From: Raillietiella orientalis
Taxonomy: Eukaryota
Assembly: GCA_036172245.1 (NCBI GenBank)
Contig: JAYWIR010000025.1
Coordinates: 1,674,001-1,738,000, forward strand
Direction of reading: 5' to 3'
DNA: 64,000 nucleotides
Within the stretch, counting starts at the first letter, position 1. Every line of letters begins with the position of its first letter. Below, in pieces: positions 1-13,146 of the stretch. Under the pieces are notes generated by a model. That model saw nothing but the letters and a program-made list of their open reading frames with translations, made no database searches and was not told the origin of the DNA. Both the position numbers and the translations under genes were made by a program.

Positions 1-3000
1 CTCCCTTCCCGGGGCTTCCGCCGGCGCTGCTACCCGCCTGCAGCGCCACCACGTTGGTCGGCGCGCGACAAGCGTACAAGGCGGAGAGAGCGCAGCGGTT
101 GAATCCGAGGATCCACCGCCGCGGAGTGGACCGAAGGGGAAACGAGGGCGGGAGGGGAAGGAGGGGGGCGTTCTCCAGCCCCTTCGTGCGCTCCCAGTTC
201 GAATGCGTGAGGGGTTCCGCTGGTGGCGCGGCGGCGGGGCAACCGCACCTAAGGAGCCGCCGCTGCCACGGGGCGCGCGGGAGCCTCGGTGGGCCCGAGG
301 TCCGTCCTGCTGGGGCCGGAGACTGGGTAAGAGGCGTCGGACTTTCCTCTCGCTTAGGACCCAGCGGTCTCTGTCGGAAAAGCCCGCGCCAGGATGGTGG
401 AGCCACCCGCAGAAGGAAGGCACCAGGATGGCGTGTCGGCGTCGAACACGTCCCACCCCTCCGGCACCGCCAACGACTACGTGTCTCCCACCCTCCGCAT
501 GCGCCCCTCCCCCCACCCCCCGCTTCCGGCTCTGTTCATCGCGGATGAACTCCTTCGCGCTCCTCTTCTTCCCTCCTGAGGCGCTCGCGCTCTCCCGACA
601 GCGCTTCCTGGATGACGTCACTTCGAAGCGGAAGAAACGGCTGAGGGAAGGAGAAAGGAAGTTGGCCCGCAGGGGACGAAGGCGACAGAGGGCTTCTGCC
701 CCTATGCGTTCCCGAACGGGCCGTCGTAGGAAGACCTCCTCGAGTCGGACCTCCGCCCTTCCACCTTCTTCAGAGCCGCGCTCGCCTCGCCCCGTGCCGA
801 CGTGTTCCGTTCCGTCCGTCGCAGCCTCCCCCCCCCCCTCTCCTCCCGCGCCTCCCCGTCTGCCGAGCGAGAGGGACCGAGCGCATCCCGACCGGCGTCC
901 CGCGCGCATTCCTCAAGGCCGCGTCGCCTCTAGAGCGACTCGAATAGCCGAGCGCGTGCTGCTCCCTCCGGCCTTCAGGCGAGGTCACGGGGACGAGAGG
1001 AACGCCGAGAAGGCGCGCTCGCTCTCACGCACGCACGCCAGGGCTCCAGCCTCATCACCAGCCTTGACGTTTTTGTCTTTCAAGGACGTCTCATTGCTGA
1101 TCCGAAGGGGGAGGGGGGCCGGTTGGCGGAGTCTGCGACCCTTCGGAGCGAAGGCCGGAGGGTCGACCACGATCCGAGAGGAGACCCGGGGAGACCGAGA
1201 GACTGCTGGAATGGGCGCCTCGCCGGCTCACGAGAGGAGGCCGACGCCGACCAGGACCTTCCGCGCGGACTGGTGGGCAGGTATGCCCACCATCGGTCGC
1301 GGTCTCTTCCCAGTCCCTCCGATGGAACCCGCCGAGCGAGACAGGGCGTCGCCTCGGGCTACTTCGAGGAGAAGAAACTTCCTGATGACGCTGGGCCTCC
1401 GGACAGAGCCCGTGTTGCCTAAGAGACGTTGCAGGGATCCGTCGCTTCCGCAAACAGTCGTTCTGCCTTCCCAGCCCCGGGGCAGCGGTGGTAAAGACCC
1501 GATGAAATGAAGCCTCCTTCTGGGAACCCACCCAGAAAGAATCGTCGACTTCGCGGGAAGGAAAGAGTCTACAGGTCAGCACGTCTATCCCAGTCGTCAC
1601 GGAGAATCCTCCGGCCACCGGTTCAGCCTGAGGAAAGACGGGGCGCTGCAGCAGCGACTGGAAGGACGTTTGTGTTGGGTCGCGTCCCGCGCTTCTGAGA
1701 GCCAGAGAGAAACCTGGAGCTCCGGCCAGTGGTGCAGACCGAAGGAAGATGGAGGTCCCGTGCTTCTTCAAGGGACGCCAAGGAAGGGGGAGAAAAGGAG
1801 AGGTCAGGCGTCTTTTCCTGCGCCTTTTCTCTCCCTCTGCTCACATGGGGACGAGGGGTCACCTTTGAAACGGGAGCAACCTGCACATGCCGGTTGGTTC
1901 CCCGGAACCTCAGAACGGCTCTAAGCACCGAGTGACTCGCAGAACGGAAACAGAAAGGTCACGCCCTCCAGCGTGTTCCCAGAGTCAGCAAGTTGGGACG
2001 AAACGGGACGGGCCGTTGCTTCATTCCTTCGTCGTCCTCTCCTCCCAGCTTCTCGCTGACTGGGTTCGAATCTTGGCCTCGGCTTCCTTTCCTCATCGCC
2101 GCCTAAAAGACAACTTGACCTGCGGACGTCTGTTCCTTCGGCGCCACACCGCCGATCCGGTGGAGCTCCTGCTCCCGCCTAGCCAGGGGATCCTCAGGAA
2201 CGGTGAGGCTGCTGACGACACAGGAAGCGCGACTGCAGTGTGAGGGGTGCTGCTGGACGCTGCGTTCCGAGAGACGGAGAAGAGGAGCGGATGGTTTCCT
2301 CCTCCCTGAAAAGCACACCTCCGTGGTCGGAAACGCCCCTCTCCCCCTTTCGCATCCGCGAGGGCTTCAGGCTGGACGCTCCCATCGGGCGGACGCTTCC
2401 GCCACTTAGGGTGCTTGTGACGCTCTACGACGCCAACTCGCCGGGAACTCGGGTGGCTGGAACCGAGGCGGAGGGGAGCATGCGCGAGGAAGGAGAAGCC
2501 GCCCTCCTCCCAAACACTTCGCGCCCGCTCTTCCACCAAGGGGCCAAGCGCGACGCGAGCTGCAAAGAATCCCTCCGATACCGGAAGAGAATTCTCGTCG
2601 TCTTGGAGGAGAGATCTTTTACCGAGCACAGTCGGAACCTACTCTCCAGACTCCCGCCCGCCCGCCGCCGCTCCATCGCTTGCAGCCATGGTGACGCTTC
2701 GGAAGGAAGCGACCGAGTGCCGAGCCCGCTCTCTGCTATTATGTCTTCCCCGGACCGCTCCGAATCGTGAGGGCAGACGCACCGGGTCCCCTTCCTCGGA
2801 CCTAGATCCCAAGTCGGGAAACCGGGAGAAGCTGCGGTCTAAGAAGTTAGCAACTGGGCACCGACCGACGCGCATGCATGCGCGCCGGTCTCTCGACTTC
2901 GGATCAGCTCGCGGCTACGCGTGAAGTGTCCGCGCCGAGTGGGGCCAGGAAGATTTTTGAAACAGACAGCAACAGAAGCGACTTTCGCTTAAAAGCCCAT

Positions 3001-6000
3001 TCCCAACGACCCTCGTCCATGTCGTGGAAGGCGCCGTTGTGGATTCGTTTCCCCGAGCCGTTTGCCGGCGGGGTAGGCAGTGATTCCCCGCTCCAGACGC
3101 GGGGCCGCTTCCACCACCTGGAGCCCTCGCGGCTGCCCTCTTTGGAGCAGGGTTGCCACCTCCTTCCAATCCCGCGCCCGTATCCTTCTCTCGCAAGCTC
3201 TGCGACCCGATGGTCGAAATTTTGCACTTTCCATCCGTGCTGACCAACAGGAAAGGAGGAGCGAAAATCGCTCTTGTCTGCAACTTTTTTTTCTTTGTTC
3301 TTCCGATGCGGATGCGCTCTGCGGCGCCAAAAATGCAGGCTGAACTTGCACTTTCGGCCTCTTGTCAGAGCTCCAGAGTTGCCCCACCAGAGGCGAGCAC
3401 ACCTGCCACGGGGGGGTGCGACAGCGGGCGTCCCCCCCCTCCCCCCGAGACGCCAATGACTGGCTGGACGTCCGCCAGCACGCTAGGTTTCCCTCTGGCT
3501 CTCGGACGAGTGCGTGACGTGGGCCGATAGGCAGTTCTGAGGGAGATCCTTGGGAGCGCGGGACGCGAACCCCAAAGACCGGTCGTACTGCCAGCCGCTG
3601 CTGCAGCGCCTCCGCCTCGGCGGTCCTTCTGCTGCGGGCCGAGCGCCAGCGTACACCGGGTGATAGTCAGTGCACAGATGACACTGAGGATTCGAAAGGA
3701 ACATCTCTCGGCACGGATGACCCAGTTTCATCAGCAATCCGACTGCTGCTGGCTGTCGTTACCCACTTTCCAAGGACACGAGAATGATGCCCACTATCGA
3801 GTTTCGGGTGCCGCTGCAAGTGGAACGGATCTGATTGATCGGGAACGGGCAAAGTCCACAAGTCGAAGCACTTCCGAAAGCCGCGAAGTTGGAAGGATCC
3901 GGAATCGGACATCGGTCAAGCCGGCAGTCTCCTTCCGACGTGCAGGAAAGTGGCGAGGTTGATCGCACGTTGTGTGCAGGTCCTGCGTGCCGAACGGGCG
4001 GATGCTGTCGGGAGAGGAAACGACCCAGGAAGATCGACCCTTGAACAGAAAGGTACAATTTTCGGCGGGGCGCGCAAACCCGTAAATTCAAATCACCGCT
4101 CCCGCATGAGGTGAGAGGGGGGTGGGAAACCCTAGGAGAGGGGAGCTGTACACAGGTGTCACGCGTGAGTTGCACGGCAACGAGATGAGGAGGCAGCAGC
4201 TTCTTGCGAAACTCCCGAAGCGCTCTGCCAAGTAAAATGCGTTTCCGAAATCTGGCTCCATGGAAATTCCCTGGCTCCTTGCATCAACGGCCTGATGGAA
4301 AAAATTAGCATTCTAATGTGCATCTCTCACGCGGCTGCTCTGGGAGGCCTGCATGCAGTTGGGCGCACGCGCAAAGGGAAGCAGGAAAAAAAAACTGCAA
4401 GAACACAGAAAACATGACATTGCGTGTCCGTTCATCTGTGATGCGCGCATAAAAAGATTTATGTACAGACACATATTGCAGCAAAAAATACCTTTTTTTT
4501 TTTTTTTCTTCTTCTTTTCTTTTCTTTTTGAGGACAGATTACCAAACACAGAGAATCCGAACACAAATACAAGGGTAATATAATGTAATACAAGGGGAAC
4601 ACTCACACACTTATTGTGTACACATATACAACAAGCTGTGTAGCCAGAGAGCGTCGGTGGGAACACGGCAAAGGTGATTCCTTCGATTGCCGAACGACGG
4701 TCACTACGCCGGCTGCAGAAGAGCAAAATCCCGTTCGAAACACGCGGCGCAGAGTGTAGGAGTACCGCCGCCACAGTTGGCACAGAAGAGCATCCTCTGA
4801 CCTCCCTTGGACCGCATGGTTTCCTGCTTGAAATCTCCAGCGATTCGGCTGTTTGGTCCTCAGAATGGGAAACCCTGAAAAGAGGAAAACGTTCGTTGCG
4901 ACCGGATCCCGTAGAGAATTCCGGAATTTGCCTCGTGATTGAGGGAGGACCTGGGAGCTTATTGATTTCTTTCGGGGTATGCCGACAATGAGGGCATTTT
5001 CGCTGTACCCCCACAATTTCGAAACTTGCGATCTCCGCACTCGCGAACCAGAGAATCCGACAAAAGTTTGGTGCCACTTCGACATTTTCGTGTGCGCTTC
5101 CAAGCTTTACAGAGCCAGCAACGCGCCCCTTTACGCACCAATCCTCCAAAGGTTTTTTTTTCCTTTTTCTTCGGTCCTCTCATAACTGGAAGGATAAGCT
5201 CAGAAATCCCCACAAAAACGAACGACAAACTACGGAAATTCATGCAGTTTACCTTTCCGCTCACCAAGAGGAAATGATAATTTTTGAAAGAACTGGGAGC
5301 ACCTGCCCTTCGGGCACTGCTTTCGCGTACCCTCAGGCTCTCCTTCCAGAATTCCCTCCTGAAAGAGGAAACCGTCGAAAGATGGAGCGCCACATAGCAG
5401 TGTCACCACCTGCCTTGGGAGGGAGCACAAGAGACACCTACAAAATTTCAAACACTTCCAGCCGCGCTGCGCGTTTGTGCTCCCTTTTGTCTTCCCTAAT
5501 CGTGGATCTGCCAACCCATGCAGTTCGGTGGAGCCGGCTGCTGAAATATGAAATCTGGACCATTCCGCCGGGGCTCTGAAAGTCTGTGATAACCCAGAAT
5601 CGCAAGCAGAGCAAGGAAAGACGAGTCTTCCCGGTCACGGGCCAGGATCAGATTGCGCGAGCACGACGAGGTCGATCGACGAAGCCTTGACGCGAACTCG
5701 TTTCCCGCGAACACATCCTGATTCAAGCTTCCACGTTCCAGGCATGCTGCGAACGAAAGCTAACCAGGATCAGAGCCGCAGAGTTTCTTTACTTGGTGAA
5801 GAAGTCGAAGACTTCTGACTTCAATTCACTGCGATTTCCTAGAGTCAGGCTTTACCATTCAGAAATTTCCGGATTTTGTGTGTGTGTGTGTTTTCGTTTA
5901 TGTTTAGCCTTGACGACCCGATTTTATTAGTCAGGCAGTCAGCGCTTGCCAACGTGTGTTTCCTTAAGAGGGCATCAAACTCTCCCCTGAGGGGGGGCAA

Positions 6001-6118
6001 ACTCGGTCCTATCTCGGGATGGAGGGTTGTTAGCAGTTAGAATGAGGCCGTACGCAATGATATGGAGCTAAGTTTCAAGCATGGGTTTATTGAACATCAC
6101 GATATACATCGATCATTT

Positions 6119-6138
6119 TTTATTATTATTATTATTAT
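6119..6138. repeat. (TTA)n microsatellite
   Basis: ttattattattattattatg. Confidence 0.85.
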
Positions 6139-8252
6139 GGCTTCGATGGGCTTCTTGACGTGGTCTTTGACCCAATCTCCAACGCCTCTCATCACAGATC
6201 TGCGACCAAGGTGTAGTGGACGATGGTTACTGAGCGAGGTGCAGCACGTGACAGTGCTCTGGAGAGGATAACATACTGCATCCAGAGGACACGAGTGAAT
6301 TACCATAGCAGCCTTCAAGCGCGCTAATGCAGTCTGCTTCTAAGGTGCGAATTCTAAGGTGATTTCGTCTCTCGAGACCAGCTTCCATGCTGAAACGCTT
6401 TCAAGCTGGATGGCAGATATCCACGTGACGCTCAGTAATCTTCCACGCCACATAATGCAATGTTTCCTCTTATAGTAAAAACTTGCTAGGAATGTTTCAT
6501 GTAACCTACAGTAACGAATAATCCCGTCGTCCCACAGATCCCGCTTCCTTCTAATGTTGCCTCCGTTGAACTTTGGAAGCAGGCTTGCGCGGACACCATC
6601 TTCACCGAAAAATTACTTGGAACAAAAGGAATTGATTCTGCAAGCACCTGCCTGCATCATGTGCGAACCATGGAAAGAAACCGACACACGTGCAGCACCT
6701 ACGTATATGTATGGAAGCCAGAGACTCGTAGCACGCGTGCTATCTTGGAAAACTTAAACTTAAGACCCCTATTGCTCTTTGATGGTCTCTCAAATCAATT
6801 CCGTCGCTTCTTGGTAACGATTCTGTCGTTTGTTCGCAATTATGTTTCGAGTCTTCTTTGTTTCCAGGACCTTGCACAACATTTCACCGGGAAGAAAAAC
6901 GATATCTTTCACAGTTTCTCTTCGACAGAGTGTTGTCCCAAGTTAGCTCGTTACTCTTCATATTGTGTGTGAATTGACAGATTTTCTTGCCAGCATAAAT
7001 TTATCAGATGCTGAGTTGCACCGCCACGAATCCCATGATTGATGATGCTCCGAACAAAAGGCGAATCCCTGGTACTCTTTTGGAAAAACTGGTAGAACAA
7101 AAACCACTGATTTTGTCCTTTGTATTCGATGATTACGAAATGCCTTCGATCCGAACATAGTATTTTCTCTATCCTCCTTAGCCTGTCTTCATGTATGAAA
7201 CACCTTCGTCAAGGATCAGTTTCTTACGAAGTTAGGAAATCAGTGGGAATGAACTTGCCAGATTGAATTTGAAAACAGGAAAAAGGCGAAACCAAAAAAA
7301 AAAAAATTTGAAAATTCACGAAACGCACGGCGTAATGGAGACTCATGGCATTAGAAATGAAGCTGCAGAAACATCGCTACTGGGAAGATTTGGAAACATT
7401 CTGTACGTATCTGACATTCGATCTGAGATTGGTTCACAATAGTATAAAAAAAAAAGGAAAAGAAAAGAAAGCTGAATAGAAAAGGCATCGCTGAACTTGC
7501 AGATACGTAAATCGAAAATATCAGAGTAGTGGTAGGATTTCTTCAGCTAGGCAGTGTGCTGGATGGATGCAGATGGCACGAAAAGATGCCATCCATGTTT
7601 TCGACTCGAAAAACGACTGCAGACAGTAATGCCTACTTACGTGGCAAACTATAATCGAAGTTGGACGTTCTGCATGCAATGATCGCATCTGAGATTTAAA
7701 ATACGAAATGGAAATATCTGATGGATGCATGCCTCCGTGTCTGGAGCCAGGGCATTCAAATGTACATCGTCGAACAGAGAATTTTGAGTGGACTCGCATA
7801 AGCAACCCCAAAGCTAAGAGCGACCTACTGAACGGAGTTGCGCCTTACTGAGTTGGGGGCCTGGAAACCTACAAAGAATCGACCATGAGTCATGATAATG
7901 CTAATTTGCGACCACCGAATGCTCTTTCCGATCCATTAGTGCAACGCCAACTGCTTCCAAAGTTTTCGCTAGCAATGCCTTGAAGTCGTCTGTCCTCCTC
8001 CCTGTTTTTCAAATATCAGAATTTTTCTTTCGACGGAAGCCCGTAAGATAACGATCACACAGCCCGTCACACTCTTTTCTTTTTCTTACTAATAAAGCTC
8101 CACAAACACGTATTCCTTCACGACGATACGTCTGCAAAGCCACAGACAGAAAAAACAAACAAAATCAGTACATTACCGAATGTACTTTGTAATTATCCAA
8201 ACGAAGGACCATGGAGGAAGAAACAACTCCAAACCACTGATTAAGATCGGTC

Positions 8253-8258
8253 TTTATT
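8253..8258 (-). promoter_or_regulatory. Candidate polyadenylation signal of NDUFB11
   Basis: AATAAA on the minus strand (TTTATT on plus) about 50 nt downstream of the stop codon at 8307-8309. Confidence 0.6.
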
Positions 8259-8306
8259 TCGGTAATGTACAATTACTGCAGAAATGACTATTTCAAAAAG
8301 CACACT

Positions 8307-11300
8307 TCATATGATGAGCTCTGTGTCACCCAACTCTTCTTCGGACGGCAGGGTTGCTGCAACGATCTCGGGATCAACAACATTACGATCGATATACGGA
8401 AGACCTAACTTCTCTCGTCTATGCAACTCCAGGTAAGCCTCTCTCATGGACCAGTCACGCAATCTAATCGAGAAAACATTTCATGACTTATTGAAAAGCC
8501 AAAGGGAACACAGAAGAAATCTGAAATACATTCCCAGTGAGCAGAATTAACACAAAGCAGCTTATTCTCATTCCGCAAGAATTTCAAAACACGGAACTTA
8601 CACGCGTTTGCGAAAAGCTGTACGCAACTCTTATCATCACAAGTAATTTTGGATGTTTGCTTGAGAAACGAGTTTCCAAAAAAGATACTTTAGAAAACAT
8701 GAAAAACAAGTTCATCTGTAACAAAATACTTTACACAACGAGACGATTTTCTCTCTCTCTCTCTCTCTCTCTCTTTAAGATCTTTCGATGGAACACAATT
8801 AAATTATACATTCACCTTAATTCCACTCATGTTCTGATCATTAAATTTTCATCATTGCGATGAGCTCGCTGCAAAGTTGCGGGATATAATCGATCCTTAT
8901 GCAAGGCTAAGATACAAGAGGGAAAAAATCGCAAACAAAAACGTACGTAACGTCTGCAACACATTTCAAGCATGGCAAATACAATGATGCAAAAAAAAAA
9001 ACACAAAACACTTTTGGATTCAGTTCAATCTTCAAAAGACGAAGAGATGCATTAACGATCCATTGATGCCTCACGTACTCGGGAATGGCCGGATTGAGAC
9101 ATTTCAATTTGGAGAAGGATATTTGCCACTTACATCGTGCAAACCATTTTTGGACACTCGAATCCGAAAAGGATGCAGGTAACAAAAGCCCTGGACCTCG
9201 CCACATGGATCAACAGAAAGTCTCTTCCGAAGACTTTCTCTGATCTGAATCGCAACATTTCCAAAGCAGAGGTAGGAATTTCTTGGCTTTGGAACATCGA
9301 ACCAATAAGGCGAAGTTCATCGTGTGTTCAGAGTTGAGAGTTCAGAGTATCCTCTCGGGAAGCTGTCTCCAGAAAAGTGAATGGTTCCAGGAAATGACTG
9401 TGCATGAAATGTGTCAAGAAGCAATGAACGGCGAAAATGCAGAGGATTTCACAAGATTATTCATTCCTCAAGATGAAACACGAATGCTACATAAAAAACG
9501 TGGACATTCACAAAGCCCAACAACTCACGGCTATGGCAAACCTCCAATCCTTACTTCCTTAATCTTATAAAAATCTTTGCTGCTTAATCTCATCCCAAAA
9601 CGGCCTAATGTATTGAGAAAGTTCCCAAATGTGTATTTCCAAAAAGAATGCTTAGAATCATACAACTCGATATATTTCTTCCACTTTAATATGGTTTCTG
9701 ACCATAGAACGAAAAAAAAAAATACCCTATGAATCGCCAGTAAAATTTGGAAACATCAAAACTGGAAGAAATTCAATATGGGAGAGCTTTCCAGCTATTT
9801 CAGGTCACGGCCACTTGTTATGGCAAGCAATTTTCAACACCGAATTTCTGATCTCGATCTATACCATCCCTTCTTTTTATAGTTTGGAAAGAGTTATCAA
9901 CCCCTGCAAAGATGCTTTGATAATTTGAATCGTAATCTGTTTTCTCCAAAATCTTAATCCTCCCGAGTCATCATCAGTCTTCATACCTATTATACCTTTG
10001 TTCTGTTTCAAAACTCACATTGATTGAACATTTCAATCTTCATTGATTCCAAACCGTAAATACTCTCACTTGCTCAAAAGGCAAAAAGTATTAATGATGA
10101 CTTCTTTGATGACGTTCCTCACCTCAAGACTATCACCTACAAAGCCTCATGTTTCTCTGTTTCTATTAATGACAGTCTAATCAATCAAATATCCACCAAG
10201 TGATGTGACTGAACAATGAAGAATCTACATTTTTTTCGATCTGAACCTTACAATAAGCTGCATCATGTCTCCTCTTTGAATGACAATGATTCAGGAGTGA
10301 ATACTGTATATCAAAGAGATATTCATAATTTTGCAATAACCAGAAATTCTTCAATCCCTTCAAATCTTTTCATTAATCTCAAGTCCAAGGGGCACTCGCA
10401 TATATCCACATTATGAACGAATGAATCTGATCTGCAGCTTGCTGCTCCCATAAGGATAATTCCAATTCCCTACTCACCGTCACTTTTCGTCATGAACACC
10501 CACATCAGAATTCATGCTGCATGTGATAACTTGTAGTGTAACATTGGACAGTGAGACTACATCCCACTATACACTTGAAGCTTCTTGTTTAGTAGCAGTA
10601 CCCCTGGCTACCTCCAAAACTATCTACGAATTACTCTTCCTGTTTTTTGAATCTACCAATCATGCATGAAGCTAAAAGAATGTCATCTCTGTACAAAAAC
10701 TTCCTGAATATCTCAAATGGCACATCATCTGCCTTTTCTACTACTCACGTCTTGAGATGCCTCTCTGATTAAGTACCAAGACAATTGAAGACAACTGAAG
10801 GTTTTCCGCAATAATAGCTGCATGAATGTAATAATCACTATTGACATTACGGTAGTAATTGTGCTAATAAATGGTAAACGTACATTCAATATAAATGTTG
10901 GAACACTTAAGACTAACAAACCTAATTACATTTTTTTCCAGTCTTTTTCTGGTGCAAACATTTTGGATCTTGTTTTTCTCTTAATGTGCTGTGTGCAGTT
11001 TGATCCAGATTTTGGGATTCAATCGTAATTTTTTTTTAACAAAATTTTGCGCAGGCTTGTCTTAATGTCTTGGTTTCTGTACACCTTAGTCTCAGAAAGT
11101 AAATATAAATAAATGATAGTTGCTTTTTCTTAAAATAATTAAATTCCAAATAAAAAATCGTAGCTGTGTTACTACTTAACGAAAGATAAACAAAAACAAC
11201 AAATGAACCAAAGAAGAAAAAATTTAAACCAACTATCTTTGAGTAGCACTAAGTGCTACCTGAAGTTCTAATTCTTTTCTGAAGTCCCACTTTTTTGGGT

Positions 11301-13146
11301 TCACACTCAATGAAGAATATCAATAAGTAAATGAAAATACAAAAACATTCATGTTTCATCAGAAATCGCCTGTGACTTGTTGCATTCATGGATACACCAA
11401 TAATGCTGTCATTTTTTTGCATCAACTTGAATGCATCATTTGATACCTTGTCCGTAAATCACTGTAGAAATTGAAGAAAACAGAGTAAACAACCTAGAAT
11501 ACTAAGAAAAAGCAAACCAATTCATTTCTCAGCAGTCTTAGTTCATGATGCTTCTTGCATTTATCACTGGGGAAATGAATTTAATTGCTCAGTGAAAGAT
11601 CACAGAGAAGTAACGGTTTCTGCACCTGATTTCTAATTAGAAATTTTGTGTATTTGAATCTATTTGTTAAAATGGTACTGAACATGTCCCACACTCCTTT
11701 TTCTGTATTTCCATCATAATCTGTGAAATTAAAACACAATTAAATAGAATCTCTAAACAGCCATGCACATTAGAAAAAACTGAAGATGGAAACTGCATTC
11801 ATCATTAAAAAAATAACAATTGAAGCACTGACTTCAAAATCATCCCAAATGGCTTAGAGAAACATGATGTGAATCTTTGTAGGAGTATGCTTACAGTAAA
11901 AGATTACAAAGATTTGCAAAAACATTCATCACATAGAAGGGATCAATTGACTGAAACAATATTAATACCCTTCTCCATTAACAAGAGAAAACCCATTATC
12001 CATGCAGTTATGAGCTTTCAGTGATAAACGAAAGTTCTTTAGTAAAAGATTGCAACAAAATGAAATAGCAGGTGCAATAACTTTACCTAATTAGGAGATT
12101 TAAAGAGATCACTATTAAGAAGTGTAAAGGTCATTGATCTAAGCTAAGATTTTTTATTTGGAATTTAATTATAAGAAAAAGCAATTATCATTTATTTATA
12201 TTTCCTTTCTGAGACTAAGGTGAATATAATTGCACAGAAACCAACACGACATTAAGACAAGCCTGCGCAAAATTTTGTTAAAAACAAATTACGGTTGAAT
12301 CCCAAAATCTGGATCAAACTGCACACAGCACATTAAGAGAAAAACAAGATCCAAAAGAGTTTGCACCAGAAAAAAACTGTAAAAAACAAATATTATCACA
12401 AATATCCAAATGGAAATAACAATAGAATAATTACATACCACACAAGTGGGAAAAAAATTAGAAACATTTTTAAATGATACGTTAAATGAAGCAAATGTGA
12501 AACCGATATAAGCACGAGCATTCTATCGAGGAATTCTATTCAGTAGCATAGTATACTATCAAATAATAACCAGGATGAAAAAAACTCTTTCAAAATAGGT
12601 CTTGTAGATAACTAATCTTGGAAGCAAAACAATAAAACACATTTTATAAAGCCATTTTTTGAGTTTCTAAAACAAAAACAAAAAATGAATTAAAGTTCTA
12701 GCACACGATAGCTATGATCACATCAAACACATAAAGCACAAACGTTCTTCGCAACTTACTACTGGGACCTTCAAACATGAAAATATTAAAACATTGTAAT
12801 GTTCTGAGTTATCGACTGCTTACCCCATGTCCGGCAAGTGCATTGCAACGAAAGTTCCAAGCACAAGCATGAGTGTGATTCCTGTAAACACACCCCGATG
12901 TGCAAATTCTCGATCCTTTTGTTCATCTTCATAACTGTATCCATAAGAATACCAAAGCTTAACAACGGATAAAGGTACTCTAAGTTTGGTACTTACCTTC
13001 AAAGGTTTAAATTTTGCTTTTTCTGGAAGATTATTGGCACTAGATATATCCTGATTTTCGTTTTTGGATGTCTTGGATATTCTCCTACATAAAACAGTTG
13101 AAGCACAAAAACGTGGAAAAGTTTTCAATGTCAGTTGTGTAATCAT
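8307..13146 (-). CDS. NDUFB11: NADH dehydrogenase (complex I) 1 beta subcomplex subunit 11 (ESSS/NP15.6 family), about 146 aa, 3 exons
   Basis: Spliced model complement(join(8307..8463,12824..12957,12997..13146)) = 441 nt with GT-AG introns in consistent phase. Basic N-terminal presequence-like segment, WYSYGYSYEDEQKD, a hydrophobic TM (GVFTGITLMLVLGTFVAMHLPD) and the family-typical C-terminus GLRDWSMREAYLELHRREKLGLPYIDRNVVDPEIVAATLPSEEELGDTELII*. The 39-nt intron 12958..12996 is in frame and stopless, so it is the least certain part. Confidence 0.93.
8749..8773. repeat. (CT)n microsatellite
   Basis: Uninterrupted tctctc... run in NDUFB11 intron 2. Confidence 0.9.
10931..12386. repeat. Long inverted repeat (arms about 10931-11165 and 12142-12386, spacer about 1 kb) in NDUFB11 intron 2; possible non-autonomous foldback/MITE-like element
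   Basis: Left arm ...ggatcttgtttttctcttaatgtgctgtgtgcagtttgatccagattttgggattcaa... is the reverse complement of right arm ...ttgaatcccaaaatctggatcaaactgcacacagcacattaagagaaaaacaagatcc.... The match continues for about 230 bp with few substitutions and indels. No clear TSD. Confidence 0.9.

Noticed and set aside
203..1510. 435-aa plus-strand ORF and overlapping ORFs in the first 4 kb
   Set aside because: R/P/S/G-rich, no recognisable domain, several frames open on both strands; expected from high GC. A spliced gene cannot be excluded but I could not build one.
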